Source of the DNA: a virus
Length of the DNA: 64,000 bases
Virus record (IMG/VR): IMGVR_UViG_3300023202_000336
Coordinates: 32,001 to 96,000 of that record
Reading direction: 5' to 3' (one strand)
The notes under the pieces are model-generated. The model did no database searches. It was not told the DNA's origin and was given only the letters and a program-made list of their open reading frames with translations. Numbering within the stretch: position 1 is the stretch's first letter; each line of letters starts with the position of its first letter. Position numbers and translations under genes: made by a program. Below are positions 28,636-37,536 of this stretch, piece by piece.

Positions 28636-29619
28636 ATGCCTTTCGCAGAGGTCGCTGCCGACGTTCTGACTGATCCTCAGAAGCAGATGAAAGTTGCCGC
28701 GGAGGTGGGTGACGAGGAGGCGCAGTCTGCTGAGGAGCGTGCGAAGAGTCGTCGTCTCAAGGCGATTCTTTATACGTTGGCGGGGATCGGTACCGTAGGG
28801 CTTGGTTCTTACTTTCTTCTCAAACACCCCGATAAGGTCGCTGAAGGGGTGAGAAAGGTTTTTGGTGGAGAGGAAGAGCCAGAGCAGACCGCTGCAGAAC
28901 GTTTGAAAGGAGCGGTTACCTCTCCGAGTATAGCGGGCGGTCTTGCTTACCTCGGTGCCGGAACTCGAACTGGCGCTTCGTATCTTCCGAGGACGCTTCA
29001 GAAGTTTCCGTTCTTTACGGGTGACCGTGCGCTTTCGCTCGAAAATCTTCGAAAGCATATTGCCGCGGTCTCAACACCTGAAGGTCAGACAGCAGCCGCG
29101 CAGGCGAAGACCCCTGATCAGAGGCTCGGGGCTCTTATGACGGATCTTCCAGAGCTGGAGCAGCGCAGAAAGTTGCATAAAGAGCTGGGAAGGGCTCGAG
29201 GCAGAGAGGGGTCGATATTGAATCTCATCGCTGCTGATCCGAAACTTAAGCGCATAGATGAGATCTTGCAACTTCCTCGTGCGCAACAGCAGGCGCTGAT
29301 AAAGAAATTGAAGGCCCCGGCAAGGACCATTCCCGGTCTTTCCGGCCTCCAAGACGTACGGTTCATGAAGAACCTTGAGCGCGGCTTAGGAGAACTCGCA
29401 GCACAGGAAGGAAGGAAAACTCCTGGAGCAGGAGAGCGCGCGAGAGCTGTTAGGCGCTTTCTTGGAGCGGATCCTGAGACGCTTCACGGTGCGCTGAGGT
29501 CGTACCGGAAGGCACGTGCTCCGAGAAGTTTCTGGGGAGGCGTCGGGCGAGCTGCTGTTGTTCCGACGGCAACTATGGTCCCCGGTGCGCTTGAGACTTA
29601 TGAGGCATGGACTGACTAA
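28636..29619 (+). CDS. Hypothetical basic protein with hydrophobic helices
   Basis: ILYTLAGIGTVGLGSYFLL and IAGGLAYLGAG, downstream of QMKVAAEV; TAATG coupling to the protease; no Cys. Confidence 0.72.
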   Translation: MPFAEVAADVLTDPQKQMKVAAEVGDEEAQSAEERAKSRRLKAILYTLAGIGTVGLGSYFLLKHPDKVAEGVRKVFGGEEEPEQTAAERLKGAVTSPSIAGGLAYLGAGTRTGASYLPRTLQKFPFFTGDRALSLENLRKHIAAVSTPEGQTAAAQAKTPDQRLGALMTDLPELEQRRKLHKELGRARGREGSILNLIAADPKLKRIDEILQLPRAQQQALIKKLKAPARTIPGLSGLQDVRFMKNLERGLGELAAQEGRKTPGAGERARAVRRFLGADPETLHGALRSYRKARAPRSFWGGVGRAAVVPTATMVPGALETYEAWTD

Positions 29620-31523
29620 TGATTACGAAACTGATCCTTCCGCAGTCGTTTAGTTTCGATGGTCCAGCCGCGTCGTTGGTGCCACTTCATCGCGTCGGAG
29701 GGGCTGATTCGCAATGGTTGCGGAAGCATGCGAGTCATGGAGTCTTTCATGACCTCCTTCGAGACCTGAAGCCGATTCCTGGTAAGTCCGTTATTCATGT
29801 ACTCGCGGTCGGTGACGAGGAGCTGTGGGGCCCGAACCGAAACGGCGACGGGTTCAGTCGTGAAGATAATGTGACCGCGCATCGGACGTTCAAAGACATC
29901 GGTCACGTCTTCAGGCACCACCAGAATGATGATCCGTTCAAGGCCGTCGGTGATATCATCGCTACGGCGCATAACGAGAATATGTCTCGGATCGAGTTAC
30001 TTCTCGGGCTCGATAATACGAAGTGTCGCCGTGAGATCGAAAAGGTCGATAACGACGAAGATCTCCCTGTGAGCATGGGTTGCTTTACGGCCGGTCACTT
30101 TCTGACGCTCGAAGACGGGTCGGTTATTAGGTTAGAGGACGCAGTCGAAGGTCAGCAGGTATTGACGCATTTAGGTAATCGGCTACCTATTACACACGTT
30201 TTTAATCAGGACCCGTATACCGGCACGTTGTATACTCTGAAGGCCCGAACGGTTGAGGACGTTGAGGCTACGGCCGAGCACCCGTTTTTTGTAGTGCGTC
30301 AGGAGCATATTGTTCACACGGGCCGTAAAACACGCCGCGTGGATCCGTCTAAACTTAATCAACTTGATGTTACGTTAGACGCTGACTGGGTTGCTGCGAA
30401 GGATCTTCGGGTAGGCGACTACTTGGTTACTCCCGTGAACCTTGAAGAAGAGCTTCCGGATTACATTCCCCGTACCGACACCCCTGTTCTCGCAAGGCAC
30501 ACGACCAAGGCCTGTCGAGACTTGGAGACTACTCACCGCGGCGGAAGTAGGTTGCGTGTAGATGATTTCATTCTTACACCTATCCGTGATATCTTGTCGC
30601 GAGACGTTGTAGACGAGCCCGTTTACAATATTGAGGTACAGAGTGATAACTCGTACGTGATTAATGGCATCGCGGTTCATAATTCTCTTCAGGATTTCGA
30701 TGTTTGTTCTCATTGTGGTCATAAGGCGCCAACGGCTTCGGATCATTGCGAACATATCAAGAAGATGCTCGGACAGGTCTTGGAGGACGGTACCAAGATC
30801 TACATGAAGAACCCGAAGCCGAAGTACTTCGATCTCAGCCTCGTTTTCAAGCCGGCTGATCGGATCGCGTACACGCTTCGGAAGGTTGCTGCCGCTGGTG
30901 GCGAAGTCATCGGGGGCCACGAACTGGCTGACATGGTTGGTCTCGTCGATTGGACGCATCCGAAGATGGCTGCGAAGCGGACGCTGGCGGCGATGTATAA
31001 AGAGATCCCGATGACGATCCGTCAGGTGACACGTCCGAAGGACGTCCATCCGAATGTCGCTGCGGAGCTCAAAAAGCAGGCGAATCTCCACGGAATCGAC
31101 CAGTTGCTCGGATTCCTGCATTCGAACGGGTGGCTCCTGAGCCCACGTGACTTCGCCGAGGTGATCGGGCACCCCGAGCCTGAGAAGTGCGAAATGGCGG
31201 TTGCGAAGCACGATGGTATGGACGATTTCCTCGACGATCACAGCGAAGTCAAATCGTTGGAAGTCCCTGTCATACAAGACCCTATGACTTTGAGCGGGCG
31301 AGCTCTCGAGGAGCTTGAGGGCGCCTGTTCGATGCATCCTGACAAGGTCCAGAAGCGGGTGATTTCGATTACCGTGACCGGACCTTCAGAGAAGACTGCT
31401 CAGATCGAGGATACGGCTGAAGCGAAGGGGTTGGCAGCGCTGTACAACCACTATAAAGTAGCATTCGCTATGCAGTTCCAGTCTCGGAACGATATCCTTC
31501 GCAACGTCGCAGCTACGTTCTGA
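29619..31523 (+). CDS. Prohead (capsid maturation) serine protease with mini-intein
   Basis: NRNGDGF, FRHHQN, VSMG|S, DVCSHCG..CEH, FDLSLVFKPAD..A pattern typical of phage prohead proteases; directly upstream of scaffold and capsid genes. Confidence 0.8.
   Translation: MITKLILPQSFSFDGPAASLVPLHRVGGADSQWLRKHASHGVFHDLLRDLKPIPGKSVIHVLAVGDEELWGPNRNGDGFSREDNVTAHRTFKDIGHVFRHHQNDDPFKAVGDIIATAHNENMSRIELLLGLDNTKCRREIEKVDNDEDLPVSMGCFTAGHFLTLEDGSVIRLEDAVEGQQVLTHLGNRLPITHVFNQDPYTGTLYTLKARTVEDVEATAEHPFFVVRQEHIVHTGRKTRRVDPSKLNQLDVTLDADWVAAKDLRVGDYLVTPVNLEEELPDYIPRTDTPVLARHTTKACRDLETTHRGGSRLRVDDFILTPIRDILSRDVVDEPVYNIEVQSDNSYVINGIAVHNSLQDFDVCSHCGHKAPTASDHCEHIKKMLGQVLEDGTKIYMKNPKPKYFDLSLVFKPADRIAYTLRKVAAAGGEVIGGHELADMVGLVDWTHPKMAAKRTLAAMYKEIPMTIRQVTRPKDVHPNVAAELKKQANLHGIDQLLGFLHSNGWLLSPRDFAEVIGHPEPEKCEMAVAKHDGMDDFLDDHSEVKSLEVPVIQDPMTLSGRALEELEGACSMHPDKVQKRVISITVTGPSEKTAQIEDTAEAKGLAALYNHYKVAFAMQFQSRNDILRNVAATF
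30081..30683 (+). mobile_element. Mini-intein (201 aa, no recognisable endonuclease) in prohead protease
   Basis: Starts CFTAGHFLT; block B ATAEHPFF; ends YNIEVQSDNSYVINGIAVHN, followed by Ser(+1). Confidence 0.92.
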
Positions 31524-31560
31524 GGATTCATTAGAACGTTAACCGCGTAAGGGAACGATC

Positions 31561-33042
31561 ATGACTAAGAGTCGAAACCTGCTGGACGAGCTGGATGGCC
31601 TCATCAAGCGTGCAGGCGCGAAGAAGGCCGAGGAGCTCGAGAAGGCGGAACAGGAAGAGCAGGCTGGAAACGGCGAGGAAAAGACCGCCGGCGAGACCAG
31701 CCGTAAGATGGACAACGAGGACGACAACACCACCGCTGCGACGACCGGGGAACAGGCCGCCGCGAACAAGCGTGACAACCGCGATCACTACTCGGCTGGA
31801 AGTACCGATAAGGGTGCTGAGACGAATCCGAGTGGCGAAGCGGTTGACATGAGTTCGGACATGGCCGACGCCGTCGATTCTGACGGGCAAGAAGGCCCCG
31901 AGCCCGGTCACGTCGCCGAGGGTGGTGTCGGTTCCGAAGGGCCTCAGGGCCCCGGCGAGGAGACCGACGTCCCGAATAAGGCCGGTTGGGATAGCGGCGC
32001 GTTTGCTGGTGTGAAGAAGCGCGCCAGCGAGCTCTCCGAAGAACTTCGTAAGATTGCCCGCGGCTATAAGCACAAGGGCAAGGATGGTGATTACGAAGGT
32101 GATTACGAGGAGGGCAGCAAGGGAAAAAAGCATAATCCCGGCTACCACAAGAAGGGTTCTTCCGAGCTCAATCCGCTTCAGGAATTCCTGGTAAAATCCG
32201 CGCGCGTCAGTGAAGACCCTCAGGTCAAGGCCGCTGCTGACGCTGTCGAAGACGATGCGGCCTTGGCTGGCGCTGCGAGTGACGCCATCATGCAGGGGAT
32301 CGAGGCTGGCGAGATCGGTGACGAGGAAGCCGCTCAGATTCTCGAGGAGGCGGTCCAGGCTGGTGCCGTTTCTGAGGAAGAGCTCGCGGAGGCAGCTGAG
32401 ATGGTTCAGGCTGCGACTGCTGAAGGGGGCGGCGAAATGGCCGGAGCGGGAGAAGCCGATCTTGGTGGTGCCGAGATGGCTGGCGGTGAGATGGCTGGCG
32501 GCGCGATGGATTACGAAGCGCTTCCCGAGGAAAAGCTGGCGTTCGCCGAAGTCGGCCCTGAGAGCGAGCACTACGTCAAGAAGCTCGCCTCGCTTTATCC
32601 TGACGAGATGAATGCGGGGTATGCGTTCGGCCTCAAGCTGGCGCAGGAGCTGTCCGAGCTCGCCGAAAAGGAAACTGGTGACGAGGGCGACTACGAAGAG
32701 AAGGAGGAGAGGGAAGAGAAGGGCGACTACGAAGAAGGTAACGGTGAGGATGAGAACGGCGGAGAAGAGGCCCCTCCGGCTGACGCTGTTCCGCCCCCTG
32801 CCGAGGCCGCCCCTCCTGCTGCTCCTGAAGAGGTTGCTCCGATAGGTGCCGAGGACTATGCTCCTCAGTCTCCCGAAGAGGAGCAGGCTCTCCAGGCCGT
32901 CCAGGAGGAGCTGGGGCTCGATGATGCCGCGCTCGCGCAGATCATGGCCGCCCCGGTCCCCGGTGAACTCGACAAGGTCGCTTCTGCGAAGTCGAAGTAC
33001 CGGTCTCTCATCTTGAATAAGGTTGCAGCTAGCTGGCAGTAA
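31561..33042 (+). CDS. Scaffolding-like acidic protein
   Basis: Very Glu/Ala/Gly-rich, 493 aa, between protease and capsid genes; many K-x-A motifs. Confidence 0.65.
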   Translation: MTKSRNLLDELDGLIKRAGAKKAEELEKAEQEEQAGNGEEKTAGETSRKMDNEDDNTTAATTGEQAAANKRDNRDHYSAGSTDKGAETNPSGEAVDMSSDMADAVDSDGQEGPEPGHVAEGGVGSEGPQGPGEETDVPNKAGWDSGAFAGVKKRASELSEELRKIARGYKHKGKDGDYEGDYEEGSKGKKHNPGYHKKGSSELNPLQEFLVKSARVSEDPQVKAAADAVEDDAALAGAASDAIMQGIEAGEIGDEEAAQILEEAVQAGAVSEEELAEAAEMVQAATAEGGGEMAGAGEADLGGAEMAGGEMAGGAMDYEALPEEKLAFAEVGPESEHYVKKLASLYPDEMNAGYAFGLKLAQELSELAEKETGDEGDYEEKEEREEKGDYEEGNGEDENGGEEAPPADAVPPPAEAAPPAAPEEVAPIGAEDYAPQSPEEEQALQAVQEELGLDDAALAQIMAAPVPGELDKVASAKSKYRSLILNKVAASWQ

Positions 33043-33072
33043 CCGTAACCTGTAAGCCAAGGAATCACGAAG

Positions 33073-33513
33073 ATGCCTAACGAAGATATCATCAAGGAAG
33101 CGGCGGACCTGCTCGACCAGCTGGTCAAGCATGCCGAAGCCGCTGACAAGCACGCGGAGGAGGCAGAGTCCGAGGCCAAGCAGGCGAAGGAAGCTGCCGC
33201 CAACGCGTCGAAGGAGCATCAGAAGACTGCTGCTGCGGAGGAGGCCGAGATCGGCCAGCTCGCGAAGCAGGCGTCTGATGCCCTCATGAACGCGGGCCTG
33301 CTGGGGTCGCAGGAGAAGGCTGACGAGTTCGCCAGCCTGATCCGCGACCCGAAGGTTGCGCTCGCGAAAATGGCCCAGTTGACGCAGTACGTCAAAGCAC
33401 CGAAACTGGGAAGCGTGGTGGTTGAGGATAACAGCTCGGCTCCCGCAGAGCCCACCGCCGACGAGCGTTGGGACATGCACATGAAGCAGGCGGCTGCTCG
33501 GCTCGGTCTGTGA
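33073..33513 (+). CDS. Small coiled-coil head protein (scaffold-like)
   Basis: 146 aa, Ala/Glu/Lys-rich; KEAA, KHAE, KTAA, KQAS, KQAA. Confidence 0.7.
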   Translation: MPNEDIIKEAADLLDQLVKHAEAADKHAEEAESEAKQAKEAAANASKEHQKTAAAEEAEIGQLAKQASDALMNAGLLGSQEKADEFASLIRDPKVALAKMAQLTQYVKAPKLGSVVVEDNSSAPAEPTADERWDMHMKQAAARLGL

Positions 33514-33556
33514 CGCTCCAGCCGTTTTCACCAAGTCTCTCTAAGGAGTAACATCA

Positions 33557-34222
33557 ATGGTTCTTCAGACTTCTATGGGGCAGAACAAGCTGGACGTCCG
33601 TTTCGGCGACCGCAATACTCTGCCGTACTACGTCGGCATTCTTGACAGTGCGTTGCTGTCAGATGACGACATCGTCGCTGCGATCACTGCTGGTCGGGTG
33701 ATGTCGCTCACCACTGGTACTAAGCTCGTCCCGGGAATCCTCGTGGCGGCTGCTGCCGATGGGGGCAACTTCCCGTACTACGCGTGGTCCGGCCTCGATA
33801 AGAACAACTCGCCGGACGTCGAGCGTACCCGTGGTATGCATGGCTATCTCGACAAGCCGGCCGGTGGTGTTGGTGGACCGCAGAGCCCAGGGTTCTTCGG
33901 TATCCCGACCAGCTCTGAGCTCGTCGGTCCGTTCGGCACCATCCAGATGGACAACAGCCTCGAGCTTTCGTCTACCGCGTTCGACACGAGTGCTGGTGCG
34001 ACTTATGCTCCGGGCGACCCTCTGACCGCTGTTGCGGCCGATAGCGCTGAGAAGTCCAATCGTGGTCTTCTCCGTCCGGCCGAGGCCGCTACCGACGTGA
34101 TCGTCGGTCGTGTTGCCGCGGCTGCTCGGTTCACCGGTCCGGAAGGGTTCGACCATCTGGCCTTCCGTCCGGACTTCGTGGCCGGTACCACCGTCCCCGA
34201 CACTATCCTCGATAACGACTGA
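33557..34222 (+). CDS. Capsid cement/decoration protein
   Basis: Immediately upstream of the MCP; YAPGDPLT..GLL..VIVGRV pattern; strong AAGGAG RBS. Confidence 0.6.
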   Translation: MVLQTSMGQNKLDVRFGDRNTLPYYVGILDSALLSDDDIVAAITAGRVMSLTTGTKLVPGILVAAAADGGNFPYYAWSGLDKNNSPDVERTRGMHGYLDKPAGGVGGPQSPGFFGIPTSSELVGPFGTIQMDNSLELSSTAFDTSAGATYAPGDPLTAVAADSAEKSNRGLLRPAEAATDVIVGRVAAAARFTGPEGFDHLAFRPDFVAGTTVPDTILDND

Positions 34223-34272
34223 TAGCGTCGGATAGCCCTGCTCACTACGAGTGTATACAAGGATTCAACACC

Positions 34273-35211
34273 ATGACTCAAGAGAAGCTTAGCGCGGCTC
34301 AGTCGAATAAGATCTTCTTCGGTCTGCTCGATAGTGGGCAGGTGAAAGAGGCACAGGATATGGTCTCGGACTTTACCCGAGTTCGTATCCGGGAGAGTTC
34401 CTTCTTCGAGAAGATTCTCCCCTCGGTCAAGATCGCTGACGACGAGCTGACGCCCCAGCTGGATAACGACAAGAATGTGAAGCTGGTGGAGCGCGAACCC
34501 GCGTCTCCGGCGGCCGTCACTATTCCGCTCGGTACCCAGCCGGTTCAGTACTACTTCCGCGGCGATCGGTTCCCGGTCTTTTTCGACCGGATCGTGACGA
34601 CCAAGTTCACCAAGGATATCTCCGAACTCCGTACCTACGGGATGGATATCCGACAGGTGATCTCGGATAACGCGGTCCTCGATATGGACTTCGAGTTCGA
34701 CCGCAAGATGATCGCTGCTGCGCAGTCGATCGTCGGCGCGGAAGGCTCGACCGTCCCCGAGACCGGGGTCATCCAGAACCGGAAGATCGTCGATCCGCTC
34801 GGCATCACCCGTAACTCGCTCTTCGAACTGCGGAAGATCCTCCCTGAGACTTTCGCTCACCTCGAGAGTGTGACGATTCTCGTGAATAACATCACTATTC
34901 ACGACGTTGCGAAGTTCGGGCGAGACGACCAGGGCGGCGACCTCTCGGAGACGATGTTCGTCGAGGGGTTCCAGCAGAAGCAGCTGCTGGGCGCCAACTG
35001 GATTGTGACAAACAAGACAGAGCTGATCGAGAACAGCACCTTCTGGTTGTTTGCCTCGCCCGAGTTTATCGGGAAGAGCTTTATCCTGGAGGACGTGACG
35101 CTCTTCCTTGATAAGAGGGCATTCAATCTGGAGTTCTTCGCTTACACTGAGCGTGGTGCTACCATCGGTAACGCTGCTGCGGTCGCGAAGGCTCGGATCG
35201 CTACTAGCTAA
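34273..35211 (+). CDS. Major capsid protein (HK97-fold, putative)
   Basis: 312 aa, strongly biased codon use, last gene of the protease-scaffold-cement block, followed by a terminator. Confidence 0.75.
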   Translation: MTQEKLSAAQSNKIFFGLLDSGQVKEAQDMVSDFTRVRIRESSFFEKILPSVKIADDELTPQLDNDKNVKLVEREPASPAAVTIPLGTQPVQYYFRGDRFPVFFDRIVTTKFTKDISELRTYGMDIRQVISDNAVLDMDFEFDRKMIAAAQSIVGAEGSTVPETGVIQNRKIVDPLGITRNSLFELRKILPETFAHLESVTILVNNITIHDVAKFGRDDQGGDLSETMFVEGFQQKQLLGANWIVTNKTELIENSTFWLFASPEFIGKSFILEDVTLFLDKRAFNLEFFAYTERGATIGNAAAVAKARIATS

Positions 35212-35235
35212 CTCCAGTTACGCTAGTTACTTACG

Positions 35236-35274
35236 AGAATCCCCCGGCCTGGAAGGGCTGGGGGATTCTTTTGT
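35236..35274 (+). terminator. Intrinsic terminator after MCP
   Basis: Stem AGAATCCCCCGGCCT / GGGCTGGGGGATTCT with GGAA loop, followed by TTTGT. Confidence 0.75.
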
Positions 35275-35437
35275 ACGTCGGCCTGGCGTTTCGAACTGAT
35301 GAGTGGAAACCGAGGCCCGACCAGCCCACCTACGCACCTGGCGCTCTACTACACCTGTCGCTCTACCCGATATCGCTGCTATTACGATGGCTGGATAAAC
35401 CGTTGCAAAGTTTACTTAAAAGCTACTTTGAAAGTTT

Positions 35438-36457
35438 ATGCGAAGCAGAATAACGGATGAGGTCGCGAGAAAGGCTTATGAGTTCTACAAGCAGGGGCAC
35501 TCGCTTGTGGAAGTTGCTAAGAAGTATGAGTTTACCGCGTCTGGTCTCTCGGTTGCATTCTCCAAGCGTAAATGGCCTACACGTCCACGTGGACCCATCC
35601 CTGAGCGTGGAAGGCACCTCACTGCTTCAGACAAGGAAATTATCCTGAAAGCTTACTCTGAAGGGAATACAACTATTCGTTCACTCGCTAAGTCTTATGA
35701 GGTATCTGAAGGAGTGATTCGAAACCTGCTAAAGTCCTTCAATGTTCAAACGAGAAGAGATTGGTCGCGTCGTCGACAAGAGGACGGCAGCATCGTTTGC
35801 ATAGATTGTAGTGTACCAATAACAACTCAAAACGCCCAGAAGGATAAGTATCGTAAATCAGGATTGATCAGTCGTTGCCGAATTTGTCAGCGGAGACATA
35901 TCAGGTATAAGAAATATAAGCTGACGTATGACCAGCTCTTAAGACGTTTAAAGATACAGGGATATAAATGTCCGATCTGTGAAGGACATCTCGAGGAATC
36001 ACTTTTAAAGGTAGATCATTGTCACCGTCGAAAGGTAGTGCGAGGATTACTATGTAACGATTGTAACGTTGCTCTCGGGTATGTCTGCGACAATGCAGAA
36101 ACGCTCGTTCGAATGGCAGATTATCTTGCTACGGCTGATACTGGTTCCGTTGCTACTCGTACTGGCGTCTATAGCTGCGGTTCGACCGATAACGAGAAAC
36201 ATCGTTATGCAGTTTATGGGATTACAGCGGAGCGCTTCAATGAGCTGAAGGAAGCTCAAAATAACGTATGCGCCTGTTGTCAACATTTTCGGACGACTCA
36301 GCGAGCACCCGATCTAGTGATAGAGCATTGTCACATCTCCGGCCGGATCCGCGGCCTCACATGTCAGTATTGTAACCGAGCTATCCAGCACTTTAAAGAC
36401 CTTGCAAATCGATGTCTTCGCGCCGCTGATTACCTTCAGCAAGCGCAGGAGGGATAA
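35438..36457 (+). CDS. Putative homing endonuclease: two HTH-like domains plus two Endonuclease VII (His-Me finger) domains
   Basis: CPICEG..VDHCH..VRGLLCNDCN and CACCQ..IEHCH..IRGLTCQYCN; AT-richer than flanks. Confidence 0.82.
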   Translation: MRSRITDEVARKAYEFYKQGHSLVEVAKKYEFTASGLSVAFSKRKWPTRPRGPIPERGRHLTASDKEIILKAYSEGNTTIRSLAKSYEVSEGVIRNLLKSFNVQTRRDWSRRRQEDGSIVCIDCSVPITTQNAQKDKYRKSGLISRCRICQRRHIRYKKYKLTYDQLLRRLKIQGYKCPICEGHLEESLLKVDHCHRRKVVRGLLCNDCNVALGYVCDNAETLVRMADYLATADTGSVATRTGVYSCGSTDNEKHRYAVYGITAERFNELKEAQNNVCACCQHFRTTQRAPDLVIEHCHISGRIRGLTCQYCNRAIQHFKDLANRCLRAADYLQQAQEG

Positions 36458-36458
36458 A

Positions 36459-37463
36459 ATGCCGAGGCTTACTCACGAGCAGACCGCGGACGTGATAGCT
36501 CAATACGAAGATGGTATGACGATGCGAGCGATAGCTGAAAAGTTTAGTATTACTAAAATGGCGGTGAGTAAGCTGCTCCGAAGGAATGCGGTTGCTACAC
36601 GGCCAGTTGGACGCCCTAGTACTTTGAAGGCTGCACTTTCAGCAGCACCAGTGGGGTTGAGCCCGTCATATCTTCCTCCTGTTATAGGCGTCTTCCACAA
36701 TCTTGCGATCGTATCGGTCAATCCTCGAGAGTGGAATATTCACACGATAATGGGCCGGTTTGATCAGACGCATGCGCAGGCGGCCCAGTGGATGCTACAT
36801 CTTCAGAGACATCTGGTACTCTCAGGCTATAAGTATCTTATATTATGGGAAGATGAGGTGCATTCTCCGCCAGTAACCAATATGGTTAGGCACAAAGCTC
36901 GAAAGCAGACTCGAAAAGTTTATGCGCGAAAATGCAGTATCGTCGAAGTCGATCGTTCAACATCGAACGAGTTCTATCGGAAACACCATATACAAGGCAC
37001 CTGTACGGGCACCGTCCACTACGGTCTCGAAAACGAAAATGAGCTCGTCGCATGTATGAGCTTTAATCAAGGCTCTGCCTGTCGAGGTAAACGAGAAGAT
37101 CATTTGCTTCAGCGATATGCGACTGCATGCCAGGTGACGGGCGGAGCCTCGAAATTATTGGCCGCGTTTCGTTCGGATCATTCAGGTCCTATTGTGAGCT
37201 ATTCAGACGAACGATATGCTGCTGGCGGGAATCTTTACCAGATACTTGGCTTTTCCCAGGTACACGTTCATAAGCCGGATTACAGGTACTGGCGAGACGG
37301 AACTTGGTATCCGAAGAATGCGAAACAGAGGCGTCACCTTTATGCAGAAGCAGCTGATCGTGGTGCCCCTTTTCCAGAGGGGAGCAAAGAGTTCAATATG
37401 GCTGAGGCATTAGGTTATCTTCGCTGCTACGACATGGGAAAGATTACCTGGAGGCTTGAGTAG
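36459..37463 (+). CDS. Hef-like putative homing endonuclease (HTH, degenerate Vsr-like, GNAT-like domain)
   Basis: Start ATG 36459. LILWEDE, KVYARKC, NEFYRKHHIQG, LVACMSF, GGASKLL, VSYSDERY, GNLYQILGF, PDYRY. Confidence 0.68.
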   Translation: MPRLTHEQTADVIAQYEDGMTMRAIAEKFSITKMAVSKLLRRNAVATRPVGRPSTLKAALSAAPVGLSPSYLPPVIGVFHNLAIVSVNPREWNIHTIMGRFDQTHAQAAQWMLHLQRHLVLSGYKYLILWEDEVHSPPVTNMVRHKARKQTRKVYARKCSIVEVDRSTSNEFYRKHHIQGTCTGTVHYGLENENELVACMSFNQGSACRGKREDHLLQRYATACQVTGGASKLLAAFRSDHSGPIVSYSDERYAAGGNLYQILGFSQVHVHKPDYRYWRDGTWYPKNAKQRRHLYAEAADRGAPFPEGSKEFNMAEALGYLRCYDMGKITWRLE

Positions 37464-37489
37464 CTGTTCTTCTCAGCTCGAGCACCCTC

Positions 37490-37518
37490 TTGACAACTCT
37501 CCCTACGAGACATAGTAA
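37490..37518 (+). promoter_or_regulatory. Possible sigma70-type promoter
   Basis: Perfect TTGACA at 37490-37495 but only a weak -10 (CATAGT or TAGTAA), upstream of the GAAGGAG RBS of the H1-like gene. Confidence 0.3.
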
Positions 37519-37536
37519 CCGCCGAAGGAGCCCACT

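Noticed and set aside
35288-35310. Canonical hammerhead ribozyme
   Set aside because: CTGATGA and GAAAC are present, but only 3 nt separate them (no stem II) and stem I would be 1 bp. Kept only as a generic structured-RNA candidate.
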